Positions 47,032-57,471 of a stretch of 64,000 nucleotides of DNA are shown piece by piece. A model generated the notes under the pieces. That model ran no database searches and was not told the origin of the DNA. It saw only the letters and a program-made list of their open reading frames with translations. How positions within the stretch are numbered: the stretch's first letter is position 1; each line of letters starts with the position of its first letter. The DNA lies in contig OW818637.1 of the NCBI GenBank assembly GCA_942492745.1, forward strand, positions 1,086,580-1,150,579, written 5' to 3'. The stretch comes from an uncultured beta proteobacterium. GTDB taxonomy: Bacteria; Pseudomonadota; Gammaproteobacteria; Burkholderiales; Gallionellaceae. The translations under genes were made by a program, and so were the position numbers.

Positions 47032-47265
47032 TTAATTACGCCTACACCTGGTCGAATTTAAAGGGCAGTCAACTTTGTGATGTTTTTCTTTATACACGCC
47101 AGTTCTCCGGGTCTCCGGTGTGTGATCCAATTTCAAGAAATGGTGGTACAGGTGATTTCCAGGCTTAAGTCCACAAAGTAGTTCCCGAAGCTCAGCGCCC
47201 GTAGGAAAACCAAACGGTTTACTCGCGCCGGCACCCAGGAGAAAAACTGTATTAACGGTTAGCAC
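47032..47265 (-). pseudogene. N-terminal fragment of a SIR2_2-like protein
   Basis: VFLLGAGASKPFGFPTGAELRELL matches the N-terminal nucleotide-binding motif of SIR2-like (SIR2_2) proteins. The ORF is only 77 aa. Confidence 0.35.
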
Positions 47266-47407
47266 ATGGACCTCGCACTAGGTCGATTTGACCTCCCCGC
47301 TCTCCCATGTTGAAGTCTACTCGCACCCAATAGGCATCTTGTTGATTTAATGCTTCCCCATGTCTCCCCAACCACTTCAAGCTTGAATCCACCCTTCTAA
47401 CCGTGAG

Positions 47408-48259
47408 TCAATTGCTTCGCCTAGTTGCTGCAAATATATTGCACTGGGCCGGGTCGCCGGTTTCCATCCCACGCTTAAACCAGGCGACACGTTGTCCCGA
47501 TGATCCGTGAGTAAAGGTTTCAGGCACTGCATACCCAAGTGCTTTCTTTTGGAGAGTATCATCTCCAATCGCGGTGGCCGCCGCAATAGCTTGCTCAATT
47601 TCACCGGGTTCGAGAATATGTTTCTGACTATCCGTGCGCCGCGCCCAAACTCCGGCATAACAGTCTGCCTGTAGCTCCAGTTTTACGCTCGCAGCATTCG
47701 CCTCTGCTTTGCTTGATGCCCGTTGTTTGGCGGCATTTATCTTAGCGGAAATTCCTAGAAGGTTCTGAACGTGGTGGCCCACCTCATGCGCCAGCACATA
47801 GGCCTCAGCAAATTCACCCGGTGCATGAAAACGATTTTTAAGTTCCGAGAAGAACGATAGATCGATATAAATTTTGCTGTCCAACGGGCAGTAAAACGGT
47901 CCCATGGCAGCGGTACCGTTGCCGCATGCACTTGTTGTGCTACCGGTAAAAAGCACTAGCTTCGGCTTGCGGTATTCCTTGCCCTTTGCCGCAAATGCTT
48001 CGCCCCATGTATCTTCCGTTTCCGCTAAAATCTTCGACACAAAAACGGCTGTCTTGTCATTTGCAGCAGGCTTATGTGCGCTCACCTGCTGAACAGGGGC
48101 CGTCTGTTCCATCAAGCCCAACAAAGTGGCCGGGTTCACGCCGGTTAAATAACTTCCAATTAAGGCAAGAAGGACGCTTCCAATACCAATACCTTTAATA
48201 AGCCCGCCGCCACGACGATCCTCAATATTTTCACTTTGTCTTTCATTGTCTAGCAGCAT
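47408..48259 (-). CDS. ypfJ: YpfJ-family neutral zinc metallopeptidase
   Basis: RQSENIEDRRGGG, GPFYCPLDSKIYIDLSFF, the HExxH motif in LAHEVGHHVQ and LELQADCYAGVWA are all family landmarks. Confidence 0.85.
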   Translation of the reverse strand: MLLDNERQSENIEDRRGGGLIKGIGIGSVLLALIGSYLTGVNPATLLGLMEQTAPVQQVSAHKPAANDKTAVFVSKILAETEDTWGEAFAAKGKEYRKPKLVLFTGSTTSACGNGTAAMGPFYCPLDSKIYIDLSFFSELKNRFHAPGEFAEAYVLAHEVGHHVQNLLGISAKINAAKQRASSKAEANAASVKLELQADCYAGVWARRTDSQKHILEPGEIEQAIAAATAIGDDTLQKKALGYAVPETFTHGSSGQRVAWFKRGMETGDPAQCNIFAATRRSN

Positions 48260-48841
48260 GATTTATCAGCGTCCATATTTTTGGTGGTTATTTCATGAAA
48301 TGGGGATATAACTAGGCATATAGCGAACCTGTTGCGCAAACAAACTGGTTCGTCGCTAAATTTCACTCATGGTGAGATGTTCGGGAAAATGCAACCGCCT
48401 TATCTTTGCGTATATGACCTTGGTAATCACCTTTGTTCACTTTCGCTTAAAAATTAAGCAGGATACGTGGATTATGTGGTCAAAAATCCACCAACATAAT
48501 ACCGTTTAATCGTCGTATTTAAACCGGGAATTGAGCTGACGTCCTTCAATTGTACTGATGAGACTATTAGTTACCATCTCAATTGATCATGCGAAATCAG
48601 CACGCAGTATTTTCGTCTATGGCCTATTTATCAGCAATGTTTCCATAACTCTGATCTGAATTGCTAACTCGTTTTTTGACATAATGGAAGAGACTTGCAA
48701 TTGCATCGCCATGCTGCAAAGCGTATTCTTTAATTAATCCACCAATAGAAATAGAAATCGAGTCATGCCGAATCAACTCCCTCTCACGGAACAAGTGCGG
48801 AGCACTCTCATCGACCAAGCCATCAAGTTTGGCTGCCGCGT

Positions 48842-50056
48842 TTGACCTCTCCATTGCGCATCAGCAGCTTTATCAAGCTGCTAACTTTCCGCTTTCAGAT
48901 TTCGCTGGCCTACCAGATGATCGCCGTGGTTGTCGGCTGGCATATCTATGAACTAACGCACGACCCTTTTGCGCTGGGTCTGGTGGGATTGGCGGAAGTC
49001 ATTCCCTACTTTTGTTGTGCGCTATTCGCGGGTTATGTCGTAGACCATCACTCCAGGCGAATGTTTGGTGTGCTGGCAAGCATCGTGCTAAGTTGCAATG
49101 CTCTGGTGCTCGTGTTTGTAGCCAGCGGCGGGATAGCGGGCGCCACGCTAATGTGGATCTATGGATCTATCGCCGCGGGTGGCGTCGCGCGCGCCTTCAT
49201 CGGGCCTTCTTACAGCGCGCTGCTTGCTCTGACTTTGCCGCGTGAGCACTATGCGCGTGCCGCTGGTATCAGTAGTTCGGTTTTTCAGTCTTCGATGGTG
49301 CTTGGTCCTGCGTTGGGCGGGATACTGGTTGGCTGGGCCAGCCTTACTACCGCTTACATGGTGGCTTCGATCCTCAGCATCAGTGCCGCCGCGTCTTTAT
49401 TCATGCTGCGCATCGCAGAGCCACCCAGAGCTGAGAGCGCACCGGTATTTTCCAGCATTGCGGAGGGGTTGCGCTTTGTGTTCAGCAACCAGATCATTCT
49501 GGGCGCGCAAGTGTTGGACATGTTCGCCGTATTATTCGGCGGCGCGGTCGCCATGCTGCCAGTATTTATTCACGATGTATTCCATTATGGTCCGGAAGGC
49601 TTGGGCATCCTGCGCGCAGCACCTGCGATAGGCGCAATCGCCTCCGGTGTCTTACTTGCTCGCCATCCCTTAAACCAGAATGCGGGCAGGATGTTGCTGG
49701 CATCTGTCGCCGGGTTTGGTGTATGCATCATTTTGTTCGCCCTCACCAGTCATTTTTGGGTGGCGGCATTCTTGCTACTGCTCTCTGGCGTGTGCGATGG
49801 GGTCTCGATGGTGCTGCGTACCACTATTATGCAGCTAATGACGCCAGACGCTATGCGCGGTCGTGTTTCTGCTATCAACGGCATTTTTATTGGCTCGTCC
49901 AATGAGTTGGGCGCTTTCGAATCAGGCTTGGCTGCCCGGGTGATGGGATTAGTTCCCTCTGTAATTTTTGGCGGAGCAATGTCTTTGGCTATCGTCGCAG
50001 TGACCGCGCGACTGGCACCCAAGTTGCGCAAATTGGATCTGCAACAGTTACGCTAG
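48842..50056 (+). CDS. MFS transporter (EntS/MFS_3-like)
   Basis: 404 aa with about 12 TM segments. GYVVDHHSRRM is the TM2-TM3 loop motif. Confidence 0.75.
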   Translation: MTSPLRISSFIKLLTFRFQISLAYQMIAVVVGWHIYELTHDPFALGLVGLAEVIPYFCCALFAGYVVDHHSRRMFGVLASIVLSCNALVLVFVASGGIAGATLMWIYGSIAAGGVARAFIGPSYSALLALTLPREHYARAAGISSSVFQSSMVLGPALGGILVGWASLTTAYMVASILSISAAASLFMLRIAEPPRAESAPVFSSIAEGLRFVFSNQIILGAQVLDMFAVLFGGAVAMLPVFIHDVFHYGPEGLGILRAAPAIGAIASGVLLARHPLNQNAGRMLLASVAGFGVCIILFALTSHFWVAAFLLLLSGVCDGVSMVLRTTIMQLMTPDAMRGRVSAINGIFIGSSNELGAFESGLAARVMGLVPSVIFGGAMSLAIVAVTARLAPKLRKLDLQQLR

Positions 50057-50177
50057 GGAAACACTGATTTATCCATCCGTTCTAATGATTTTCGATCATG
50101 GATTATAAAATACCCTAGGCTTCAGCGCAGAGGACTCAGGTCATGCAACCTGTTATTTGCTTGCTGCACCAAAAGAG

Positions 50178-53100
50178 TTACTTGTGGGCGATTAGACGCG
50201 AATGGATCAATTCACGCTCAGCAGGGTCGTGGGCAGGAAGATAATTGAACACACCTGCAACCGATGTGCCCACGGGCACTCCGTCGCGGAACAGCACCCG
50301 GTTGGCAGCCAGTGCCGGTACTTTTGCGCCTGCAAGCAAGGTACCGCACAGGTTGAGCGGATCGACTGCGGAGATGCAGACAAAGCTGCCGTCGTGCGAA
50401 CGCCGGCGCATTTCGCGTAACAGAGGAATCGCCTCGGGCAGCGCGAACTGTTCTCCTGACAGGCCGGCCACGAAGCGACCACCACGAACCTCGCCGCGAG
50501 CCTCCAGTCGGTGATACACAGAAAGCAATTCGCGCCAGGAAGGTAGCCACGAGGGCTCCCGTTCCAGCATGTGCCAGAACATCACCCCATAACGACGCAG
50601 AAGCGTCATGGCAATATGTTCCAATGTTTCCGGAGCGGTTTTTGGCTTGCGCGTCACCGGCTGCCGCGCGACACGCTTGGGCGCTTCGCCGACGGCCAAG
50701 ATATCGTCGTTTTTCCCGATGCCGCCTTCCTGAGTATCGGCATTAATCTCATTGATACGCTCGGTGATCGTGACGGCGTCCGCGCGGCGTACCAACGCCC
50801 AGCGGCCTGCTTCTTCCATCGTTGGAGCCGCGCTGCGACGGCCGCGCTTTCTAGACTTCGCGCGTTTATGGGTCGGTAACAACATGGCACGCAAGCCGGC
50901 GAAGCTGTCTGCATTGACCAGACCGGTGGCTACCAGTTCACCAAGCGTGTTTTCGAGTTCGACCGGCAACTGCCGCGCGTCCTTCGCCAATTCATCGAAA
51001 AACATCGCACCGTTATGGCGCAATGCGTCGAGTACACGTACCCCGCGCGGGGAAACCTCCACCTCACTTGCGACCGCCGGCAGCGCGTGCCACAGGCCCA
51101 GATGCCGGCGCGGCAGGAGTACCAGGGGTGTGCCGCGCACCGGGCCGCCTGCAGATGACGAAGGTGCGCCTACTCGCGTCCAGACAATTTTTCCGGCCCG
51201 GCACAGCTCATCGAGCCATGCGGTCGAGTAATCCTTCATTCGCAGTCTCAGCAACTCGCTCTCCCAGCTCCCGGCTGCGGCCTCATAGCCTTCCAACTGG
51301 GACAGAATTTGCGGCAGCGCGTCGCTGCCCTGAAGCTGCGCGCCCTCCGCCAAATGCTGCCATTCAAACAAGAAACGCATGAAATCCTGCCGTTCGACCG
51401 GTTCGATTTCGCGCCGCAAGCGCTTGATGGTGTAGCGGTGTATGCGTGCCAACAAATGTCGTTCGCACCATTCTTCGGCTACCGCCCCAGGCGTAAAGCG
51501 GCCGCGAATGACATACCCTTCATTTTCGAGCTGTGCCAACCCGATCAGTGTGGCGTTTTCCGACATGCAGAGTGTGGCGGCAATGTCGGCAATCGATTGT
51601 GGTCCAAAACCGCTGAGACGCGCACGAAGAATTTCCACCAGCGCGATATTTGGCGTCCATGCCTCGGCGTCACTCGCGGAAAGGTCATTCGGCATCGTCA
51701 TTTGCGGCATGGGACGGGCGTTCGGGTAGGCGACCTGCAAGCAGGAGAACCGTTCGCGCGCGATCCAGGCATTCGGGCCGCTACCGTCAGCGCTGGCGAA
51801 AACGGCAGCACGACCACTAGCGGCCAGTTCCGCCAGCCATTCGCTCCATCCTTCATTGGCCATCGCTTCCTTCGGCGTGATAAATGCCAATGACATCAAT
51901 GCCTCGTGCATCTCGTCGCTGTTGATCGCACGCGGCCAGGCTTCACTGGCCACCGCTTCAATGGCACCGGCATCGAGGGCACCCAGGTCGTCGGGAGACG
52001 TCGGATCGCTCCAGCGGCGAGTACTGACGGCAAGGGTACGGCGTTCTTCCAGAGGTGCGTCATCCAGGAAAGCATATGGTCGGGCGCTCAGCACTTCCAT
52101 TGCCAGCGGTGACGGCGAAGTGAGATCGCGCGAAAGCAGCCGAACCTCGCCTGCCTCCATTCGCCGCAACAGTGCCAGCCAGCCTTCGCTGTCCATCGCT
52201 TCGTGCAGGCAGTCTTGCAGGGTTTGATCGACCAGGGGATGGCTCGGCAATTCGCGCTCGCCGACGATGTTTTCGAGGCACGCTGCCTGGTCGGGGAACA
52301 CGGCGGCCAGCAAGTCGTCACTGCGCATGCGCTGCACCTGCGGTGCCACCTTGCGACCACCGCTGTATCGGGGAAGGGCCAGCGCTGTGGTGGCGTTCCA
52401 ACGCCATCGAACATTGAACAGCGGTGCATCAAGCAGGGCCTGAATCAGCACGTGCTCAGCGTTACTCGAACGCAGATATTTCCACACCTCACTCAATATG
52501 AAGCTGTGTCCCTCGGACAGTGACAGCACAATGGCGTCTTCAGTTGCGGCTGCCTGCAGTTCAAAATTAAAAGTGCGGCAGAAGCGTTTGCGCAGTGCCA
52601 AGCCCCAAGCGCGGTTGATGCGGCTGCCGCAGGGAGAATGCAACACCAGCTGCATGCCACCCGACTCGTCGAAAAACCGCTCCAGCACTAAGGTGTCTCT
52701 GGTCGGCAGCGCTGTCAGCGCGGCACGCGCGGTGGCCAGGTATTCCGTTATTTGACGGGCGGCGTTGTCATCGAGGCCGAGGTGCTCGAAAAGCCAGTCG
52801 ACGGCATGTTCAATTGCTTCCGCGCCATCATCTTTTTCCCCGAGCAGACGGTCGATCTCGCTCCGCAACCTGGAGACGCCAAACGATAGTTCGTCACTAC
52901 GGCCGGGGGCCTCGCCCAACCAGAACGGCAGATTGGGCTCAGCGCCGTGCGCGTCCTCGACGCGTACCTTGCCAGCCTCTATGCGCTGGATACGATACGA
53001 AGTATTGCCAAGTTGGAAAACGTCGCCTGCCAGGCTCTCGCTGGCGAAATCTTCGTGGACTGTCCCCACGTTGAACCCCTGAGGCTCAAGAATGACAGTG

Positions 53101-54614
53101 AAGTCAGCATTATCGGGGATGGTGCCGCCAGAGGTGACCGCTGTCAGTTTGCTTCCACGCCGGGAACGCAGCGTGGACGTGACGCTGTCACGATGCAGAT
53201 ATGACCCACGTACTCCCTGGCGACCGGTGTAGCCTTCAGTTAACATACGCAGAACCGCGTTATACTGCGCGCGCTCCAGTGTGGCGAAGGGCGAAGCCCG
53301 GCGGATCAGATCGAACAGCTCGTCTTCTCCCCATTCGCGATTGCTCACTTCAGCGACAATTTGCTGTGCCATCACGTCAAGCGGAGCAACAGGAATGCGC
53401 AACGCGTCCAGTTCATCGCGGCGAGCGCAATCGAGCAGTGCAGCACATTCAATGAGATCGTCACGTGAAGACGGAAACAACCTGCCTTTGGGAAGACCAC
53501 CGACGTGGTGTCCGGATCGTCCCACGCGCTGCAAAAACGAAGCAATACTGCGTGGCGAACCCATCTGGCACACCAGATCGACATCGCCGATATCGATCCC
53601 CAGTTCCAGCGATGAGGTAGCGATCAATATACGCAATTCTCCACGCTTGAGACGCTGCTCAGCGTCCTGCCGATATTCCTTGGCAAGGCTGCCATGGTGA
53701 GCTGCCACGTGTTTCGAACCGAGCCGATCGGCCAGGTGACGTGCAATGCGTTCGGCCATGCGTCGGGTGTTGACAAAAACCAACGTGGTGCGGTGCAGGA
53801 CGGTCAACTCCGCCAATCTGTCATAGACCCGCTCCCATACCTGGTTGGACATGATCGGCTCAAGCGGGACCGGAGGCAATTCAATGCCGAGGTCTCGTTC
53901 GCGCACGTGGCCGACATCAACGATCGCGCATTCGCGTCCCGCGCCAGCCAGAAATTCTGCCACTGCTGACAACGGCTTCTGGGTGGCCGACAAACCAATC
54001 CGGACAGGGGTTCGCGCGCACAACGCATCCAGGCGTTCGAGGCTGAGCGCCAGATGGCTGCCGCGTTTGCTGCCAGCCACGGCATGGATTTCATCAACAA
54101 TTACTGTCCGCACGGTGGCCAGCATCGCGCGCCCGCTATCGGAGCCGAGCAGCACGTATAGCGACTCTGGCGTAGAAATAAGGATATGCGGAGCGCACCG
54201 ACGCATCGCGTTACGCTCTGGCTGAGTCGTATCCCCTGTCCGTACAGCGGTGCGGATGCCATGCGGTGGTAGGCCCAGCGCCTTCAATTCTCGGTCGATG
54301 CCCTCCAGCGGATTGAGCAAATTGACGCGAATGTCGTTTGACAGCGCCTTGAGAGGTGAGACGTACAATATGCGCGTTTCGTTGGGCAGACCGGTTTCAC
54401 TACTTTCGCATACCAGAGCATCGACAGCAGCCAGGAAGGCGGTCAGGGTTTTGCCCGAGCCCGTCGGCGCCGCGATCAATGTCGTTTTGCTATTGCGAAC
54501 AAGGGGCCAGGCTTGCTGTTGAGCCTCCGTAGGGCTCGAGAAGGTTGCGTCAAACCAAGCAGTTACCGCGGGGTGGAAATTTTGCCGGTTCGTGGCACTA
54601 GAGGATGTTTGCAT
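50178..54614 (-). CDS. lhr: Large ATP-dependent helicase Lhr (full-length type)
   Basis: APTGSGKT (motif I), DEIH (motif II), SAT, and a helicase C domain (HHGSLAKE, LATSSLELGIDIG, GRSGH), followed by a roughly 900-aa Lhr C-terminal extension. I chose the start at MQTSSSATN (54614); the ORF track extends to 54764. The gene is markedly GC-rich. Confidence 0.9.
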   Translation of the reverse strand: MQTSSSATNRQNFHPAVTAWFDATFSSPTEAQQQAWPLVRNSKTTLIAAPTGSGKTLTAFLAAVDALVCESSETGLPNETRILYVSPLKALSNDIRVNLLNPLEGIDRELKALGLPPHGIRTAVRTGDTTQPERNAMRRCAPHILISTPESLYVLLGSDSGRAMLATVRTVIVDEIHAVAGSKRGSHLALSLERLDALCARTPVRIGLSATQKPLSAVAEFLAGAGRECAIVDVGHVRERDLGIELPPVPLEPIMSNQVWERVYDRLAELTVLHRTTLVFVNTRRMAERIARHLADRLGSKHVAAHHGSLAKEYRQDAEQRLKRGELRILIATSSLELGIDIGDVDLVCQMGSPRSIASFLQRVGRSGHHVGGLPKGRLFPSSRDDLIECAALLDCARRDELDALRIPVAPLDVMAQQIVAEVSNREWGEDELFDLIRRASPFATLERAQYNAVLRMLTEGYTGRQGVRGSYLHRDSVTSTLRSRRGSKLTAVTSGGTIPDNADFTVILEPQGFNVGTVHEDFASESLAGDVFQLGNTSYRIQRIEAGKVRVEDAHGAEPNLPFWLGEAPGRSDELSFGVSRLRSEIDRLLGEKDDGAEAIEHAVDWLFEHLGLDDNAARQITEYLATARAALTALPTRDTLVLERFFDESGGMQLVLHSPCGSRINRAWGLALRKRFCRTFNFELQAAATEDAIVLSLSEGHSFILSEVWKYLRSSNAEHVLIQALLDAPLFNVRWRWNATTALALPRYSGGRKVAPQVQRMRSDDLLAAVFPDQAACLENIVGERELPSHPLVDQTLQDCLHEAMDSEGWLALLRRMEAGEVRLLSRDLTSPSPLAMEVLSARPYAFLDDAPLEERRTLAVSTRRWSDPTSPDDLGALDAGAIEAVASEAWPRAINSDEMHEALMSLAFITPKEAMANEGWSEWLAELAASGRAAVFASADGSGPNAWIARERFSCLQVAYPNARPMPQMTMPNDLSASDAEAWTPNIALVEILRARLSGFGPQSIADIAATLCMSENATLIGLAQLENEGYVIRGRFTPGAVAEEWCERHLLARIHRYTIKRLRREIEPVERQDFMRFLFEWQHLAEGAQLQGSDALPQILSQLEGYEAAAGSWESELLRLRMKDYSTAWLDELCRAGKIVWTRVGAPSSSAGGPVRGTPLVLLPRRHLGLWHALPAVASEVEVSPRGVRVLDALRHNGAMFFDELAKDARQLPVELENTLGELVATGLVNADSFAGLRAMLLPTHKRAKSRKRGRRSAAPTMEEAGRWALVRRADAVTITERINEINADTQEGGIGKNDDILAVGEAPKRVARQPVTRKPKTAPETLEHIAMTLLRRYGVMFWHMLEREPSWLPSWRELLSVYHRLEARGEVRGGRFVAGLSGEQFALPEAIPLLREMRRRSHDGSFVCISAVDPLNLCGTLLAGAKVPALAANRVLFRDGVPVGTSVAGVFNYLPAHDPAERELIHSRLIAHK

Positions 54615-56092
54615 GTCCAGTAGATGATACAGGCGCTGAGTAAGTTCCCCATATCGGAAATCTATACACGCTAACGGTGATGGGAACGGTCTTTGACGGG
54701 CTCCCCCGGGGCATGCTCCGCAACCAAAATCTGGACAAGGAGACGACTGTTCCTGCCATGCCACGAGTCATACGTATGCTGCTGAACGAATAAAGGACGG
54801 ACTACGGAAGAAAATTGGCGCGTCCGAATGAGTGTCCGCTGTGGTTCGGGAGCACGCAGTCGCAGTTTGAACAATTGCGGACACTCACAAAGCACAATTC
54901 TGCACCATCAAAGAAAACCACGATAGTCCGCAATGGCCGAAGAGACTGTCTAAACGTTTCTGAAGAAGTCCGTTCATCGGCCATAGCAGTCACTCAGAAT
55001 TTTCTTGGTAGTGCCGTGTTAAAGCTGCATGAACGTCAGCTTTCAATAAACTCGAATGCGTACTCCCCACCCGTTACGGTCATTCGTGCACGGCTGCAAT
55101 TTGAATGCCTGATTGGTGATGTGGCTAAGTAAAGCTTTGGTGAAGCCGATAGAAAGTTCATGCAACTTCTCTATAGCTTGGTGGTGGATCATGGACAAGA
55201 AACAATTACCCGCTAGACTGCCCTCTAGGCTTTCTTATACGGTTGAGCCGAAGCACCTGAGGATGCAATATGTCAAGGATGAAAATCCCCAGGGCAAGTT
55301 CAATTGGGATGTTGATGATCCCTTTGTGCTGGTAATCCACGAATATCTGAGATACATCGCTTACAAGCCGTTCAGATGAAATATATATCGCAGCGACCAA
55401 TGCTCAAGTTGTCTTGCGACACATTACCTTCGGTCCTAACGGCCTCAAAGAGTGCGGACACCGTCAGCTATCGATTCTAATGCGACATACGTAAATCTTT
55501 TTCAGAACGAAAAGGCGAAGTCTCTCGTAGGAAGTCGCTTGTGCATCGTTGTGGCTGATGAATATTAGATCAGGAAATGGTTCTGTCAGCAGCGTAGCGA
55601 AACCACTTTCTATAATTCTTTTTGTTTTGTTTCGCTTTTAGCCTTAACCAAATCTGCCATTTAAATTATTTTAGCGGCTCGTTCTACAGCTTTTTTATCG
55701 TCCTCCTCTCCAGCCATCATTTTTCGAAGTTCATCTAAGAAATTCGTTTCCAGGATTCCAATTAAATGGGGATAACATTCTTTGCCATGTTCTTCTATAT
55801 AACCCTCAAGTGAAGGTAGAGCAGCTTTGACTAACTGTATGTTCCCATCTTTTTCAGTAAATTTTCATCACCTATACCCAACTCAAACAGTTTTAATTTT
55901 GCAGCGGCTCCTAAAAGAATAGTTTGATACGCTGTGAATAATGCCCATGTCATGGGTGAAACAAATGGCTGCTCTTTTTCTGATACATTAAAAGAATATT
56001 TATTCATATCAAAGCCCGCACCTATTTGCTTAAAAAATTCGCGTAACGCCCATAAATGAAATTGATACGGTATCTAATCCTATATGTATTAG

Positions 56093-56599
56093 CTAGTGCT
56101 CATCAACGTTCCTCGTTGCAACGTGAGGCGACATGAGGCGGTCAATGTAAGCCATTGCAACCGCTGAAGCGACGAATGCCATGTGAATCAGGGTTTGCCA
56201 TAACATGGTTTTTTCGGCCAGATTGGGCGCATTGATAAATGTCTTTAACAGGTGGATGGACGAGATGCCAATAATGGCGGTGGCCAGTTTTATCTTAAGC
56301 AAGTTGGCATTGACGTGCGATAGCCAGTCCGGCTCATCTGGGTGACCGGCTAAATCTAGGCGGGAAACGAAAGTTTCATAGCCACCTACTATCACCATGA
56401 TTAGCAGATTGGAAATCATTACTACATCGATCAAGCCGAGGACAATTAACATGATATCGGATTCACCCAGGTGCGGTACTTTCTCGACCAAGTGTGTCAG
56501 TTCCACCATAAAGTGAAATACGTAAACGCATTGAGCAATGATTAAACCTAGATACAGCGGCAGTTGTAGCCAGCGGCTACCAAACAAGATGGACGTCAT
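56093..56599 (-). CDS. yqhA: UPF0114/YqhA-family membrane protein
   Basis: MTSILFGSRWLQLPLYLGLIIAQCVYVFHF...IMLIVLGLIDVVMISNLLIMVIVGGYETFVS matches YqhA-family proteins. Confidence 0.8.
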   Translation of the reverse strand: MTSILFGSRWLQLPLYLGLIIAQCVYVFHFMVELTHLVEKVPHLGESDIMLIVLGLIDVVMISNLLIMVIVGGYETFVSRLDLAGHPDEPDWLSHVNANLLKIKLATAIIGISSIHLLKTFINAPNLAEKTMLWQTLIHMAFVASAVAMAYIDRLMSPHVATRNVDEH

Positions 56600-56723
56600 A
56601 GGTTTATAACGTTGGGTGGTATTTTTTTGTTGCATGCTTTTCCTTGAATGATATTAATAAATTCAGAATGTTGTGTTGCTTTGGTGTTCAGAATCAGCCC
56701 ATTCGAGACTGATTCGCCACTTT

Positions 56724-56793
56724 AAAAAGAAACAGCCAAACCACTGAAATGGCTTGGCTGCATTGGTCTCCGGTGGTTTCTGGAGACCTTTAG
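56724..56793 (-). terminator. ssrA rho-independent terminator (two hairpins)
   Basis: Just 3' of the CCA end are two hairpins. The first is GGTCTCC-N10-GGAGACC. The second is CAGCCAAGCCA-TTTCAG-TGGTTTGGCTG (11 bp with one G-U pair), followed by TTTCTTTTT. Confidence 0.65.
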
Positions 56794-56795
56794 AT

Positions 56796-57164
56796 TGGTG
56801 GAGGCGGCGGGAATTGAACCCGCGTCCGCAAGCACTCTACAGGCAGTTCTACATACTTAGTCAAGTTATTTAATTTTATCCGGTAGACGCCAACCGACAG
56901 GCTGCTACCGAACGAGTTACCTAAATTTAATGCCATACAAAGTAACCCTGCATGACACGATTCCGTGTATATGACCTCACTCATCGCGGCCTTGCGGCCT
57001 TGAGCCCCTCCACGGACAGCAGGGTGTGAGGTCTAACCGCTTACGCGGCTAAAGCGTACTTTTCGTCGTTTGCGACTATTGGTTTTCCAGCTGATTTACG
57101 AGGTTGCGGGTCCTCGGTATGCCCTACACTGCTTTGCAACCCACGTCGAAGCCAAGTCGCCCCC
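56796..57164 (-). ncRNA. ssrA: tmRNA (SsrA), tag ANDEKYALAA
   Basis: The minus strand starts GGGGGCGACTTGGCTTCGACGTGGG. It contains ..CCTCGTAAATCAGCTGGAAAACCAATAGTC GCAAACGACGAAAAGTACGCTTTAGCCGCGTAA (tag ORF 57041-57073). It ends ..GACGCGGGTTCAATTCCCGCCGCCTCCACCA, a tRNA-like T-arm, acceptor stem and CCA. Confidence 0.95.
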
Positions 57165-57471
57165 GGTTTCGATATGATCTGCTACAAAACTTCGCAGATT
57201 GTAGCAGTTATGAGTGACAAAAGCGGAAGAAGTTCCGTACCTTCTCAATTAACTGTAATAGCCGTTTAAGGGGGTATATGGTTCTGGTGCAAACCGCATC
57301 GGCGCTACCGTTCCCGGAATCGGGCAACAGGAAATCACCGGGTACATTTGATTAATCCATAAACGGGTAATGGAAACAGACCTGTCCCGGTTATCCGTCA
57401 CCCGTTGCTTTCATGCAGTGATACCATGCAAATCAATTCGCTGCTTGACTCGTTGAACTACTGTTTTAACA

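Noticed and set aside
50202-54522. About 25 ORFs of 60-194 aa on both strands inside lhr.
   Set aside because: These are out-of-frame or antisense shadows of a very GC-rich 4.4-kb gene, with Arg/Ala/Pro/Ser-rich low-complexity translations.
55661-55997. Minus-strand small gene. A 59-aa ORF (MNKYSFNVSEKEQPF...) continues one frame over as TEKDGNIQLVKAALPSLEGYIEEHGKECYPHLIGILETNFLDELRKMMAGEEDDKKAVERAAKII*.
   Set aside because: It is probably a frameshifted roughly 113-aa gene, shifted in an A-run near 55850. I recognise no family and it may be non-functional. I note it only.
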